DNA of 63,993 nucleotides, filler included, from Octopus bimaculoides (GCF_001194135.2; 5 parts of 5 records of this genome joined end to end with filler, not necessarily neighbours in it); one strand, 5' to 3'; positions 38,450 to 52,110 are shown, counted from the whole stretch's first letter. Notes: generated by a model from the letters alone, not told the origin. Program-made: numbers and translations.

Positions 38450-38800
38450 TGGATTTTATCTTTAGTCATTGGACTGCGGCCATGCTGGGGCACCACCTTC
38501 AAGAGTCTAGTCGAACAAACCGACCCCCCAGTCTGTTGGATACTTTTGCCGAACCGCTAAGTGACGGCGATGTAAACAAGCCAACACCGGTTATCAAGCT
38601 GTGGTGGGGTACAAACACATACACATCTGTTTGTCTCTCTCTCTCTCTCTCCCCACACACACACCACAGGCTTCTTTCAGTTTCCGTCTATCAAATCCAC
38701 ACACGTTCCCCGGGGTTAGTTTTAGAAGACACTTGTCGGAGGTGTCAGGCAGTAAGGACTGAACCGAGAACCATGTGGTTGGGAAGCAAGCTTCTTCCTC
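38450..38800 (-). mobile_element. SINE family A
   Basis: Tail (gtcattggactgcggccatgctggggcacc) through head (gaaccatgtggttgggaagcaagcttctt). Confidence 0.85.
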
Positions 38801-38984
38801 GTAGATAACATATTCCTGGTCCGTTATTTCGACACCAGCCGTCCCACGAGGAAGAATAAACAAGCGAAAACAGCAGCAGTAACAACAAAGGCCCTCCACC
38901 TTTTTCTCTTCGGTAGTAGCCACCGCCCCTCGCGAAGTAATGCATAAATATATTTGGCGGTCGAGGGGCTGACGAGGGGAGACC

Positions 38985-39072
38985 GTCTGTTTCTCAACCA
39001 TTTTTTTTTACCTATAGATTCCTTTAATTTTTATTTTACTCTGCTGGGTCTCCGTAGCCATTCTATGTACCG

Positions 39073-39105
<33 letters not shown>

Positions 39106-39236
39106 ATTTCTGTAATTAAATATTATTAGGAAATTGTATTTTAATTTTAAAAAAAATTATTTGTGTATTGCAGAAGTCGAAATAATTTATTGCACATAAA
39201 TTTTAATCTTATTTGGACCCCGGTTGAGAACTGCTG
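38985..39236 (+). mobile_element. hAT-like MITE, same family as 15425-15823, uninterrupted
   Basis: Degenerate TIRs gtctgtttctcaacc / ggttgagaactgctg. Confidence 0.6.
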
Positions 39237-39419
39237 ATCTGTGTGGTTGCTGAAATTGCTAGAAACAACAGCCACGTTTTTAAATTACAATCTTTACCCT
39301 TGTCTTTAAGAAAATTTTTTTAAAAATACCCCGAGAATGACAACGCGTTGCATTATACAAACTATGCGCTCCTAGGTGCACTGTTTGTATATAAGATGGG
39401 ATGGTCCTGGCCGGATCAT

Positions 39420-40380
39420 GTTTTATTCATAGATTTTATTTTCTGGCATAGTATTGCGTGGACGACTACATCGACTTTGTCCTGTCTCGATTAATTCGGT
39501 AAATGTGTGCTACGAGGGAGACTTGGCTGTTGTTTTTAGCAAAACTTACGATCAAAACTGTTCCCGTTGTGGCTGTCCTGTTTAGTCACAGTTTACCGAG
39601 GACTACGTTCTCTAATATCTCCTTTCTTTTTCCAGACACTTAGGTATGAAACGAAGGCGATTTGGCTGTTGTTTTTAGCAAGAATACTTTTGGTCATAGG
39701 TTTTATTTTTCAGGCATAGTATCCCTTGGACTACTACATCCATTGTACCCTGTCTCATTTAATTCGGCAAGTGCGTGATATGAGGGCGATTTGGTTGCTA
39801 TTTCTTGCAGGTATTGCGAGCGCCTTGTGACTCCCTCGTTTGTTCATCGTGCTTTTGTAACAGTTTTAGCCCCTGTTAAAGCCTATTCGAGCAGAACTAT
39901 AAGGACTCCAGTCGTGACCCACCCTTCTTTTTTGTTCAGGCATAGTGTATCTAGGACTACATTCGTCTGCTTGTTTTTCAGGTGGTAGCCTGTGAAGTGA
40001 GGGAGATTTGGCTGCTATTTCTAGCAAACTTCTAATCAAAGTTGCTCCTATCGTGGCTACCCCATAATGTATCTGGGACTACATTATCCAATGTGCCTTT
40101 GAGGGAGATTTGGCTGCTATTTCTAGCAAACTTCTAATCAAAGTTGCTTGGACTACATTATCCAATGTGCCTTTTCTTTTTTTTTTTTACACATCTGACT
40201 GTGAATCGAGGGCAGTTTAGCTGCTGTTTCTAGCAAACTTCTAATTAAAGTTACTCTAATTGTGGCTATCCCATTTTAGATATTGTGTATCTAGAACTTC
40301 ATTATTTCAATGTGCCTTTTCTTTGTACAGACACCAGGCTGCGAATTGAGGGCAATTTAGCTGCTATTTCTAGCAAACGT
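39420..40380 (+). repeat. Degenerate tandem array of a dispersed-repeat unit (7 copies)
   Basis: The motif gagggagatttggctgctatttctagca and its variants start at 39514, 39653, 39782, 39999, 40101, 40208 and 40348. A ggactacatt-like motif precedes each. Related solo copies lie at about 26110-26170 (-), 38388 and 57600-57700. Confidence 0.85.
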
Positions 40381-40565
40381 ATAATGAAAGGTGTATAATG
40401 GTTGTGGTGGAGTAGTGTCAAACAGTGAGATGAATGTCAACAATGCTTTTAGCACTTGTTTCTTTCTCTAATATAATTGTTTTGTAAAACTGCCGACCTC
40501 ATTAAGCATTTCCTCTTCTCCTCTGTTTACTGTAACATGGGATATATATATATATATATATATAC

Positions 40566-40616
<51 letters not shown>

Positions 40617-40711
40617 GTGTGTATGTACGTTTGTGTGTGTGTGTATGTATTTATTCAAGTTTGACATATGTAGTTTGTTATTTAAGTTTATATATATATA
40701 TATATGTATAC

Positions 40712-40765
<54 letters not shown>

Positions 40766-40875
40766 ATATATGTATNNNNNNNNNNNNNNNNNNNNNNNNN
40801 NNNNNNNNNNNNNNNNNNNTTAATTAATTAANNNNNNNNNNNNNNNNNNNNNNNNNNNNNNNNNNNNNNNNNNNN

Positions 40876-40906
<31 letters not shown>

Positions 40907-41001
40907 GTATATATTTGTAGACATATACATATACATACATATATACATACATAGACATGTATATACGTGTATATATATATATATATATATACATACATAC
41001 A

Positions 41002-41034
<33 letters not shown>

Positions 41035-41663
41035 CCATACATACATATATATCTTTTATCTTTGACTTTTGCAGTCGTATGATTGCGGTCATGCTGGAGC
41101 ACCGTCCTTAAGGGATTTAGTCGTGCAAATCGACCCCAGGATTTAGTCTTCTGAAACCTAGTATTTATTCTTTCCTTCTCTATTATTGCTTAACCGTTAA
41201 GTTACAGGTACGTAATCACACACAAAAACAAAGACGCACACACACACACACATTGGTATATATATATATATATATATATATNNNNNNNNNNNNNNNNNNN
41301 NNNNNNNNNNNNNNNNNNNNNNNNNNNNNNNNNNNNNNNNNNNNNNNNNNNNNNNNNNNNNNNNNNNNNNNNNNNNNNNNNNNNNNNNNNNNNNNNNNNN
41401 NNNNNNNNNNNNNNNNNNNNNNNNNNNNNNNNNNNNNNNNNNNNNNNNNNNNNNNNNNNNNNNNNNNNNNNNNNNNNNNNNNNNNNNNNNNNNNNNNNNN
41501 NNNNNNNNNNNNNNNNNNNNNNNNNNNNNNNNNNNNNNNNNNNNNNNNNNNNNNNNNNNNNNNNNNNNNNNNNNNNNNNNNNNNNNNNNNNNNNNNNNNN
41601 NNNNNNNNNNNNNNNNNNNNNNNNNNNNNNNNCCTGCGCCCGCCTGCGCCCGCCTGCGCCCGT

Positions 41664-41795
41664 CTGGGTGAATGGCTACGTAACATCCTAAAAGACAGAA
41701 CTCAGGCCATTGCAGCCAATGTTACCCTCATGAATTCTAAGAAGCCCCCCCCCCCAGGGAAGCTTCATGGGGCCTTTACTGTTTACAACAGCAAA
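41664..41795 (+). mobile_element. CR1/L2-type LINE RT fragment
   Basis: LGEWLRNILKDRTQAIAAN..., a frameshift in a C run, then QGSFMGPLLFTT (the GVPQGSxLGPLLF motif region). Confidence 0.75.
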
Positions 41796-42903
41796 TACAG
41801 AAATGGTTGTATGGAATTCCAGCACCCCGAAGAAATCAGCCAGGGAAGAATGATATGTATGCGTACAAAATCGTGGTGCTGCGACAGCATGGCCGCGTCC
41901 ACATGGCTGACACGAATAAAAGAATATAAACAAACACACACACACACATATATATATATATATGAGTACGCAAATACAATAAACTGTCTTTCCCGCGTGC
42001 ATATCTATTAAATTAATATAAAACTGTCATGCTGTATCAAAGTGTCTGTCATTGATAAAAGTATTCAGGACAGAATTGATTAAGTTAGGACGAAATTATA
42101 TTGTCATATTTGCAATAAAAACAGAATTAAGTCCTATTCTCCAACTTCTTAGAATACATATGTACATAAAACGTACACACACACAAGCATGCGCACACAA
42201 ACACACACACACACTTGTATATATATACATATCTATATATATAAAATTATGTTTCACAAACAGATATATATATATATATATAAATATATATATTCGTATG
42301 CATATATGTCTCTATATGTTTATATATATATGTAGACATGTATATATATTTATGTCTGTGTGTGTGTATGTGTGTGCGTGGGTGAGTGTGAATTCATTTG
42401 TATTCAATTCGAGACAGTATTTACTTATGTCCGGATTATTTATGTTGTATGTTGTTCAATTGCCCTGGGATTTTGTAGGTAATCAGTGCTGTCCAGTTCT
42501 TATCTAAAAGTATCATTGATCTGACATCGATTATAAATATAAATAATTTTCGAAATCAAGATTTCGAACAACCTACATGTTACATTTACATATATATGTA
42601 AATCAACTTTGCAGAATTACAAGCATGGCAAATTTAGCTTTTCATCCGAAGATTGAAAAAGAAAAATTATTCACTGGCTTAATAAATCTGTCGAAACTTA
42701 TTGCATTCTCATCAGAGGTGTCTGTACCTCTTGACCAGCACCCAAGGTTTAATCAGCCAATTTGTTTCTGTACTCAGCAAATCTCAACACAGCACTGGAA
42801 TTATTAATTTGCATAAAAGTACTTAACATTTTATTTAATAGCAAGGGCGTGTCAACAATACCACAGTATGGCAGAACATATGTAAACCTAAACATGGCAA
42901 ATG

Positions 42904-42937
<34 letters not shown>

Positions 42938-43793
42938 NNNNNNNNNNNNNNNNNNNNNNNNNNNNNNNNNNNNNNNNNNNNNNNNNNNNNNNNNNNNNNN
43001 NNNNNNNNNNNNNNNNNNNNNNNNNNNNNNNNNNNNNNNNNNNNNNNNNNNNNNNNNNNNNNNNNNNNNNNNNNNNNNNNNNNNNNNNNNNNNNNNNNNN
43101 NNNNNNNNNNNNNNNNNNNNNNNNNNNNNNNNNNNNNNNNNNNNNNNNNNNNNNNNNNNNNNNNNNNNNNNNNNNNNNNNNNNNNNNNNNNNNNNNNNNN
43201 NNNNNNNNNNNNNNNNNNNNNNNNNNNNNNNNNNNNNNNNNNNNNNNNNNNNNNNNNNNNNNNNNNNNNNNNNNNNNNNNNNNNNNNNNNNNNNNNNNNN
43301 NNNNNNNNNNNNNNNNNNNNNNNNNNNNNNNNNNNNNNNNNNNNNNNNNNNNNNNNNNNNNNNNNNNNNNNNNNNNNNNNNNNNNNNNNNNNNNNNNNNN
43401 NNNNNNNNNNNNNNNNNNNNNNNNNNNNNNNNNNNNNNNNNNNNNNNNNNNNNNNNNNNNNNNNNNNNNNNNNNNNNNNNNNNNNNNNNNNNNNNNNNNN
43501 NNNNNNNNNNNNNNNNNNNNNNNNNNNNNNNNNNNNNNNNNNNNNNNNNNNNNNNNNNNNNNNNNNNNNNNNNNNNNNNNNNNNNNNNNNNNNNNNNNNN
43601 NNNNNNNNNNNNNNNNNNNNNNNNNNNNNNNNNNNNNNNNNNNNNNNNNNNNNNNNNNNNNNNNCCGTATCAATTATTTACAAGATATATGTATTCAGAG
43701 TATGAAAGAAACTTCATTTATCATAACGATCGTTTCGCACACACGCACACACGCGCACGCGCGCGCACGCACGCACGCACACACACACACACA

Positions 43794-43835
<42 letters not shown>

Positions 43836-45215
43836 GGCACAAATACAGGGACTTTCTAACGAAGTCTTCATCTACGAATTCAACTATTGCTCGATTCGGC
43901 ATCCGCAGATACAGAAGAAGAGACTGGCCAAAATTTACCAGGCATCGGGATTGGACCGTACACCTCGTGCTTCGAAAACAAGCTTCTTAACCACAGAGGC
44001 ATGGCATTTAATTTCCATTCTTCACGTTGTTCCTTCTCTTTTACCTCAAAATATGTTTCTACATATTCATTCTCTCTGTTCATGTCGTTATATGTCTACA
44101 GTGTCCCTGTCACCACATAGAAATATTTTAATGATATTTAGATGTCACTCAATTATACTTGTCAACATCCTGTCAGATTGTCACCGATGTCGAAGTATTG
44201 CCGCACTGGTGGGGTTATACTTCCTATACCACATATTCGCCACGTTCTATCTGGTTATTTTTTTTTCAATGTTTATATTTCTTAATATTTCTTTTGATTC
44301 TAACGTTTTCAGAAAAGAGCCTCTGTACGGGAATACGTGCATACATGCAAACATGCATGCATATATATATATATATATATATATATANNNNNNNNNNNNN
44401 NNNNNNNNNNNNNNNNNNNNNNNNNNNNNNNNNNNNNNNNNNNNNNNNNNNNNNNNNNNNNNNNNNNNNNNNNNNNNNNNNNNNNNNNNNNNNNNNNNNN
44501 NNNNNNNNNNNNNNNNNNNNNNNNNNNNNNNNNNNNNNNNNNNNNNNNNNNNNNNNNNNNNNNNNNNNNNNNNNNNNNNNNNNNNNNNNNNNNNNNNNNN
44601 NNNNNNNNNNNNNNNNNNNNNNNNNNNNNNNNNNNNNNNNNNNNNNNNNNNNNNNNNNNNNNNNNNNNNNNNNNNNNNNNNNNNNNNNNNNNNNNNNNNN
44701 NNNNNNNNNNNNNNNNNNNNNNNNNNNNNNNNNNNNNNNNNNNNNNNNNNNNNNNNNNNNNNNNNNNNNNNNNNNNNNNNNNNNNNNNNNNNNNNNNNNN
44801 NNNNNNNNNNNNNNNNNNNNNNNNNNNNNNNNNNNNNNNNNNNNNNNNNNNNNNNNNNNNNNNNNNNNNNNNNNNNNNNNNNNNNNNNNNNNNNNNNNNN
44901 NNNNNNNNNNNNNNNNNNNNNNNNNNNNNNNNNNNNNNNNNNNNNNNNNNNNNNNNNNNNNNNNNNNNNNNNNNNNNNNNNNNNNNNNNNNNNNNNNNNN
45001 NNNNNNNNNNNNNNNNNNNNNNNNNNNNNNNNNNNNNNNNNNNNNNNNNNNNNNNNNNNNNNNNNNNNNNNNNNNNNNNNNNNNNNNNNNNNNNNNNNNN
45101 NNNNNNNNNNNNNNNNNNNNNNNNNNNNNNNNNNNNNNNNNNNNNNNNNNNNNNNNNNNNNNNNNNNNNNNNNNNNNNNNNNNNNNNNNNNNNNNNNNNN
45201 NNNNNNNNNNNNNNN

Positions 45216-45246
<31 letters not shown>

Positions 45247-45879
45247 ACATATATATATTTATATGCTTTTTGTGTGTGTTTATATTCCTTACACTTAATA
45301 TATACATACATATATATATGTATATATATATATGTATATATGTATGTATCTCTCTCTCTCTCTCTGTATATATATATGTATATATATATATAGATGGATA
45401 GATAGATATACATACATATATACATATATATATATACACACACACGCACACATGTATATATATATTTATATATCCTTTTGTGTGTGTGTGTATGTGTGTG
45501 TTCATATTCCTTACCACTTGAGATGCGTAGTAGTAATATGATATGTTTTCGTAAACATACATCTCACTTCGATGGCTTGCTCATGATTAAATTTCCTCTT
45601 TTTGTCTTCTCCAATACAAATATACACTACACACCGACTATACTTTTCTATTTGGCTGCGTAGATATGAACATTCTGGCATAATTTACTCTCCTAAAAGT
45701 CTTAATTCTGAAAAAACATTCGCAAATTATTTATACAGAATGAATTAAATTTCAACTTTCGTACAGAGCCACAACAGTAGAGGGGGATTGAAATAAGAGT
45801 TGACCATATCTTAATCCTAGTTATAGACGCTTGTATGACTGTATGTCACTTGCAACGACGTGACTTCTTGTTCAGTTCC

Positions 45880-46790
45880 ATTGTACAGCATCTTTGGCAA
45901 GTGCCTTCTACTTTAGCCCCGGACTGACCTAAGCCTGGCGAGGGAATTTGCTAGACAAAAACCGTGTTGAAGCCCGCCGTTTATAGATATATCAATGCGT
46001 GTATGTTTTTGCACCTATGCTTGTCCCCGCCTCCGCACACCTCTTAACAGTCGGTGTTTTGAGTTTGCGTCACCGTTACTAAGCGGTTCGGCACAAGTCC
46101 CGACAGAATAAATACCATACCATGGCCGATTCGTTCGACTAAATATTCATCAAGACAGTGCCCCAACATGGCTGCAGTCAAATGAGTGAAACAAGTACAG
46201 GATAAAAAATAAATGATAAACAGACGTGGCTGTGTGGTAAGAAGCTTGCTTCCCAACCAGATGGTTCCGTGTTCAGTCCCACTGCATGGAATCTTACACA
46301 AAATGTCTTCTACTATATTGATTTCCCCAAATAAGTTTACATTAAGTTAACCTTGTTAATTCTATGATATCCTATTACATAGCCGTTAGCTTCTAACTTT
46401 TGACCCCTGTGATATGGACCAGCCCATTAACCCCACTCCACTAAGTCTTATCCTTGCTATATCCCACAGTAAATTGAAATAAGATGTAATTTTAACGTAC
46501 CGATCTCCTTGGTAAATTTATGAATTATTAATTAATTTTACCCTTTTATTATTAATACACACACACACACATGTTTATGTATATGTGTATCGCTGTGTCT
46601 GTGTTTATCCCCCCCCCTACCGTTTGCCATTTGGTGGTGATGTGTTTACGTTCGTGTAACCTAGCGGTTCGGCCAAGGTTGGACCGAGCACCAGGCTTTA
46701 ATAAAATGTAATGGTTGTCGATTCGTTTGAGCAAAACCTCTTCAATGCCGTGCCACAGCATGGCCGCAGGCTAAACATTGAAACAATCAA
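45880..46790 (+). mobile_element. Cluster of three partial SINE family A copies
   Basis: Headless copy at about 45880-46200, head at about 46220-46320, tail at about 46590-46790. Confidence 0.75.
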
Positions 46791-47888
46791 GAAATCAGAT
46801 AAACGGTAGATGATTATCTCCCTTGAAATAAGCGCGACGGCAGCAAGGGCGACGCCTTACAAACACACACACACACATACAGATATTTACTCACACCTTC
46901 AAGATTATGTGTGTGTTTGTGAGTGTCTGCATGCGTTTGTGTGTGCGTGTGTGACATGTTACGTAAGAGTCAGTGAGTCTCTCTCTATATGGCACAGAGA
47001 GATGGAAGCAGGCAAGAAGTCTCCGAAAGGTTTTCTACTTTTCACTTATAACCATGGTTACATGGATATCACCGTATGCATAATCGTTTCTATGGGAGAC
47101 ACACATATATATATTCTCTGCGATGAGAAGTAAATGATACTGATGTTGCTGGTTATGATGTTGTTGTTGAGGCTGGTGGCGGTGGTGGTGGTGGTGATGA
47201 AGGTGGTTATGGTTGTGGCAGGAATCATTTAGACAATGGATTTATATGTGTGTGATGTGTGGGCCTCGGAGATCCTCGTCATGTGCGAGTCTATGAGCGT
47301 TTTTAAGAATATGTCAACGTTCGTCTTATTGCTTCCTATGCGTGTGGGTGCTGCGGCTTTTTGTGTTTGTGAGTGAGTGCTTCCATATTTGTGAGTGAGT
47401 GTGTGTCTTTGTGTGTCTTTGTGTGTGTGTGTGTGTGTGTGTGTGCATGAGAGNNNNNNNNNNNNNNNNNNNNNNNNNNNNNNNNNNNNNNNNNNNNNNN
47501 NNNNNNNNNNNNNNNNNNNNNNNNNNNNNNNNNNNNNNNNNNNNNNNNNNNNNNNNNNNNNNNNNNNNNNNNNNNNNNNNNNNNNNNNNNNNNNNNNNNN
47601 NNNNNNNNNNNNNNNNNNNNNNNNNNNNNNNNNNNNNNNNNNNNNNNNNNNNNNNNNNNNNNNNNNNNNNNNNNNNNNNNNNNNNNNNNNNNNNNNNNNN
47701 NNNNNNNNNNNNNNNNNNNNNNNNNNNNNNNNNNNNNNNNNNNNNNNNNNNNNNNNNNNNNNNNNNNNNNNNNNNNNNNNNNNNNNNNNNNNNNNNNNNN
47801 NNNNNNNNNNNNNNNNNNNNNNNNNNNNNNNNNNNNNNNNNNNNNNNNNNNNNNNNNNNNNNNNNNNNNNNNNNNNNNNNNNNNNNNN

Positions 47889-47921
<33 letters not shown>

Positions 47922-48189
47922 GTATGGATGTATGTATGTATGTAAACACATATGTTCATGCATATCAGGTGTGCGAACGCAAACCCACGCGCACGTGCAT
48001 ACGCACGCGCACCTATATTCTGAGAAAGTTGGAAAAATAGAGAATAGGGAAGAAAATGACGGTTTTAAGCTGGATATTGAGATAAACCATGGAATCCATG
48101 AATGAAAAATCAAGAAGAATGGTAGAAGAGGCGACAGTTTTGTTATTCCTTATTTTGGGTGGACTGATCAGAGTGGAGGTTGGGCTGTG

Positions 48190-48490
48190 CCCATAGCTTT
48201 TGTATTTCTCTGAGAGTTATGGAATTGTATTTGCTAACGTTGATTTTGAATAGTTTCCAAAACATGGAAAGACATGCTCATGTAGCGGGTTCCATAGTGG
48301 CAGAGTTCTTCGAAGTTAAATCGCCGGTTATTTGTTTAATACGAAACTTGGGCGTTGGTTTGCGATATAGGGGTGCTGAGACGAGAAAATAGAGGGCGCC
48401 TCAGTAGATGTTGCAGAAGATCAGCCAACTGTGAAAAGCAAATGTCAAAGATGTAGATACTAAATAGGAAAAAGGATGAGGTAAAGAGTC
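48190..48490 (-). mobile_element. Highly decayed CR1/L2-type RT fragment
   Basis: Minus frames give LFLFSIYIFDI (similar to LLFSIYINDL), a degenerate YADD region, and FKINVSKYNSITL (similar to FNASKT). Confidence 0.5.
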
Positions 48491-49099
48491 TGGGTGACTT
48501 CTATCATTGAAAGATTATTAGCATTACTACAGCAGCGAAATGGCAGATTGTTTACTACGCCGGACAACATGTTATACGTAATTTCTTCCGGGTTTAAGCT
48601 CTAAGCTAAAATACCTTGGAGGACCAATTTGTCTTAACTCTTTCGGCGTCGACGAAATAACCGACTGAGTTCTATGTAATCGACAAGTACCGTCCCACAC
48701 CAAATTTCAAGATGTGTACCTTGAGTCTATTGTCTAAAGAATATTTATTTCTTTATTGCCCACAAGGGGCTAAACATAGACGGAACCAACAAGGATAAAA
48801 GAATTAAGTCGATTACATTGACCCCAGTGCAAAACTGGCACTTATTTAATCGACCCCGAAAGGATGAAAGGCAAAGTCGACCTCGGTGGAATTTGAACTC
48901 ACAACGTAACAGCAGAGGAAATACCGTTAAGCATTTCACCGGGCGGGAAACGATTCTGCCACCTCGCCGCCTTAAGAATATCTGTTCTGTATACTATGAA
49001 GGATATATATTTGTTTATATCAGCAACAATGTTCAACCGTGACACTCACGTAAGAATTACAAAAGTTTCATTATTGTTTGACGCTGAGCGTTTTCTTTT

Positions 49100-49330
49100 G
49101 TAGCTGAGTAAAATCCAGTCTTCGAGTTCTGAGATCGGCAGGAAGTTTCCATAGTAATTGTGAAGAGTAACAATTGCTGGCAGGTGAAGGGGCTAGTTGC
49201 GTGATGCTAATATTTAACTATGATGTGGTATGATTAATGTCAGCTGGATGCACATAATGATCGAGATTTTGTTGATGTTGAAGAAGACAAGGTTAGCATG
49301 ACACGGTTCAAGGATGTATTAAAGGTTTCT
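49100..49330 (-). mobile_element. Highly decayed CR1/L2-type RT thumb fragment
   Basis: A minus frame gives CHANLVFFNINKI, similar to WG.ANLV.FN.SKT. Confidence 0.4.
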
Positions 49331-49781
49331 AAACAAGGAACCTGTAGGGATTATCTATGGGATTATCTCGGTTAATTTATATGTACTCCTACACATACGT
49401 ATTTGTCTGTCAATCAATATATTTATGAATTATACCAAAGCATGCGTATACACATTCGGCTGTACACACANNNNNNNNNNNNNNNNNNNNNNNNNNNNNN
49501 NNNNNNNNNNNNNNNNNNNNNNNNNNNNNNNNNNNNNNNNNNNNNNNNNNNNNNNNNNNNNNNNNNNNNNNNNNNNNNNNNNNNNNNNNNNNNNNNNNNN
49601 NNNNNNNNNNNNNNNNNNNNNNNNNNNNNNNNNNNNNNNNNNNNNNNNNNNNNNNNNNNNNNNNNNNNNNNNNNNNNNNNNNNNNNNNNNNNNNNNNNNN
49701 NNNNNNNNNNNNNNNNNNNNNNNNNNNNNNNNNNNNNNNNNNNNNNNNNNNNNNNNNNNNNNNNNNNNNNNNNNNNNNNNN

Positions 49782-49830
<49 letters not shown>

Positions 49831-50166
49831 ACACACACACATACACACACATATGTATATGTACTGTATGTGCATGTGTGGTTATATATGGTTCCGTATG
49901 TGCGATCGCGTGTTTGTGTGTGGTGCAGGTATCATACTTTAGAGCTCTGTATGTTAGGTGCATCAAGTTTCCTGTAACTTGCACGTTTTTCCGTGCTCCG
50001 GAACTGGGTTCGATATACGTACTCCATGTCACTTCGTACATATATATATATACACATGTATACATANNNNNNNNNNNNNNNNNNNNNNNNNNNNNNNNNN
50101 NNNNNNNNNNTTAATTAATTAANNNNNNNNNNNNNNNNNNNNNNNNNNNNNNNNNNNNNNNNNNNN

Positions 50167-50200
<34 letters not shown>

Positions 50201-50579
50201 ATATATAATGGAGCTTCTCTCAGTTTCCAAAGCATAGTTCAGTGCATTGTTAGAAGGAAATGTCTTCTAAGTTCGATTTACAAACAAACTACAAGTGAAA
50301 TACACAAGAAACATGTTTTCATTATGAAGCTGCTAACATTGAAATACATGAGCTACATAAAGTACGTTGTTATTATAACTGTCATTTATCATAGATAATA
50401 CGAGTCTCAACTTAACAATAAACTTTGATGGCTTCTCGAAAAATCTTAAACATGCAGATTTTCTCTTGCCAAATTATTTCGTTTTCTTCATATGATTTCC
50501 AAGGTATGGTTACCAGTTCAAGCTCCTTTCATAGAGGAGCACGAAGTAGTGACATTAAACATATAACATAAAAATAATT

Positions 50580-50930
50580 GTAGGCGTAGGAGTGGCTGTG
50601 TGGTAAATAGCTTGCTTATGAACCACATGGTTCTCGGCAAGGGTCTTCTACCAAAGCCTTATGAGTGGATTTGTGAGTGAAAGTAGCCTATCATATATAT
50701 GTATATATATGTATGTGTGTGTATATGTTTGTGTGTCTGTGTTTGTCCCCCCAACATTGCTTGACAACCGATGCTGGTGTGTTTAGGTCACAATAACCTA
50801 GCGGTTCGGCAAAAGAGAGCGATAGAATAAGTACTAGGCTTAGAAAGAATAAGTCCTGGGGTCGATTTGCTTGACTAAAGGCGGTGCTCCAGCATGGCCC
50901 CAGTGAAATGACTGAAACAAGTAAAAAGAA
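50580..50930 (+). mobile_element. SINE family A with an internal deletion in the head
   Basis: ggcgtaggagtggctgtgtggtaaatagc through the tail gaaacaagtaaaaagaataaaaaagaa. Confidence 0.88.
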
Positions 50931-51598
50931 TAAAAAAGAAAAAAAAGAATTATATAGAATTATATATATATATATATATAAAGAAAATACATCTTGGCTA
51001 TAAAACAAATGGGAATATCAATAAAACACCGTTTGAACGTAACACAGCATGCACTGCGCTCAATCGTGTTCCTATATTAGAAAGCTTCGTAATTGAAAAT
51101 AGTAACTTGAGAATATCATCTTCCGGTCAGCATTAACGATTCTCCAGAGTTTTGGTCAGACTTACTCATCATGTAGATTTCAATGCCTAAGACGGCCTGG
51201 CTATAGTCTATTCCACCTGATGCTATTAAGTCAGAAAGGAAATTGTATGTGCTAAGTGCACTTCCCGTGAAATGCCCCAAACTTTGAGTGAAAACATGTG
51301 GCTTATTTGGATGACTGTGTCCCTAAATTCCCTACTTAATAATATTCACACCCGTATTGGCACTTTTACAAACACATTTAGGCTGATATTCCCACTGGTA
51401 CAATTTTCTTACTATTTCTAATAATTTTTCTTTCACAACTACCAGCACGCGAATGAGAGATATGGGAAAATATTAATAGTATTCATTGATATAGGCATAT
51501 TGGTATGCATGTAGATTTTTATACTTATACTTGATATAAGTATGTCTGTATTTACAAATTTTCATGCATTCATATAGGCATGATATACATATATATAC

Positions 51599-51650
<52 letters not shown>

Positions 51651-51653
<3 letters not shown>

Positions 51654-52110
51654 ATCATCATCAAAGAAGAAGAAGACCGAACCCAACTCCAGACTGATCT
51701 ATATGCTGTGAGCCAATGGGCAGACAAGAACAAAATGAAACTGAACGAGGGAAAATTTGAGCTGATGCATTTTCGAAGAAAATCCACACTAAAACAGCCA
51801 TATACACTTCCTTCAGGGGAACCGCTCACGGCATCCAACAATATCAGAGATCTGGGTGTAATTGTGGACAACAATCTCAATTGGAATGCCCACATCATCA
51901 ATAAGGTCAACATAGCTCGTAGGATGAGCTCCTGGATCTTAAGAACCTTCCGGTCCAGAGAATAAGGTGTCATCATTCCACTTTTCTCCTCCTTTGTACG
52001 GTCACACCTCGAATACTGCTGCCCCTTGTGGTCCCCACACAAAACAAAACATTTCGAGGATTGAATCACCCCAGAGGGCAATCACCAAACGAATTGAAGG
52101 CATGACTGAT
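51651..52110 (+). mobile_element. CR1/L2-type LINE ORF2 fragment (RT thumb/C-terminal region)
   Basis: IIKEEEDRTQLQTDLYAVSQWADKNKMKLNEGKFELMHF...IRDLGVIVDNNLNWNAHIINKVNIARRMSSWILRTFRSRE*GVIIPLFSSFVRSHLEYCCPLWSPH, a frameshift, then QNISRIESPQRAITKRIEGMT. These are characteristic CR1-clade motifs with only one stop and one frameshift. Confidence 0.93.

Noticed and set aside
39420-40380. CRISPR array
   Set aside because: Eukaryotic context, degenerate repeats, irregular 100-217-nt periods, mutually homologous spacers and no cas genes.
43702-45393. 563-aa ORF and the other long IY/VC/HT/X-rich ORFs in the track
   Set aside because: Their length comes from N gaps and dinucleotide repeats that contain no stop codons.
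47255-47365. Protein-like frames on both strands (ASEILVMCESMSVFKNMSTFVLLL / RIGSNKTNVDIFLKTLIDSHMTRI)
   Set aside because: No convincing splice sites and no known motif; flanked by microsatellites.
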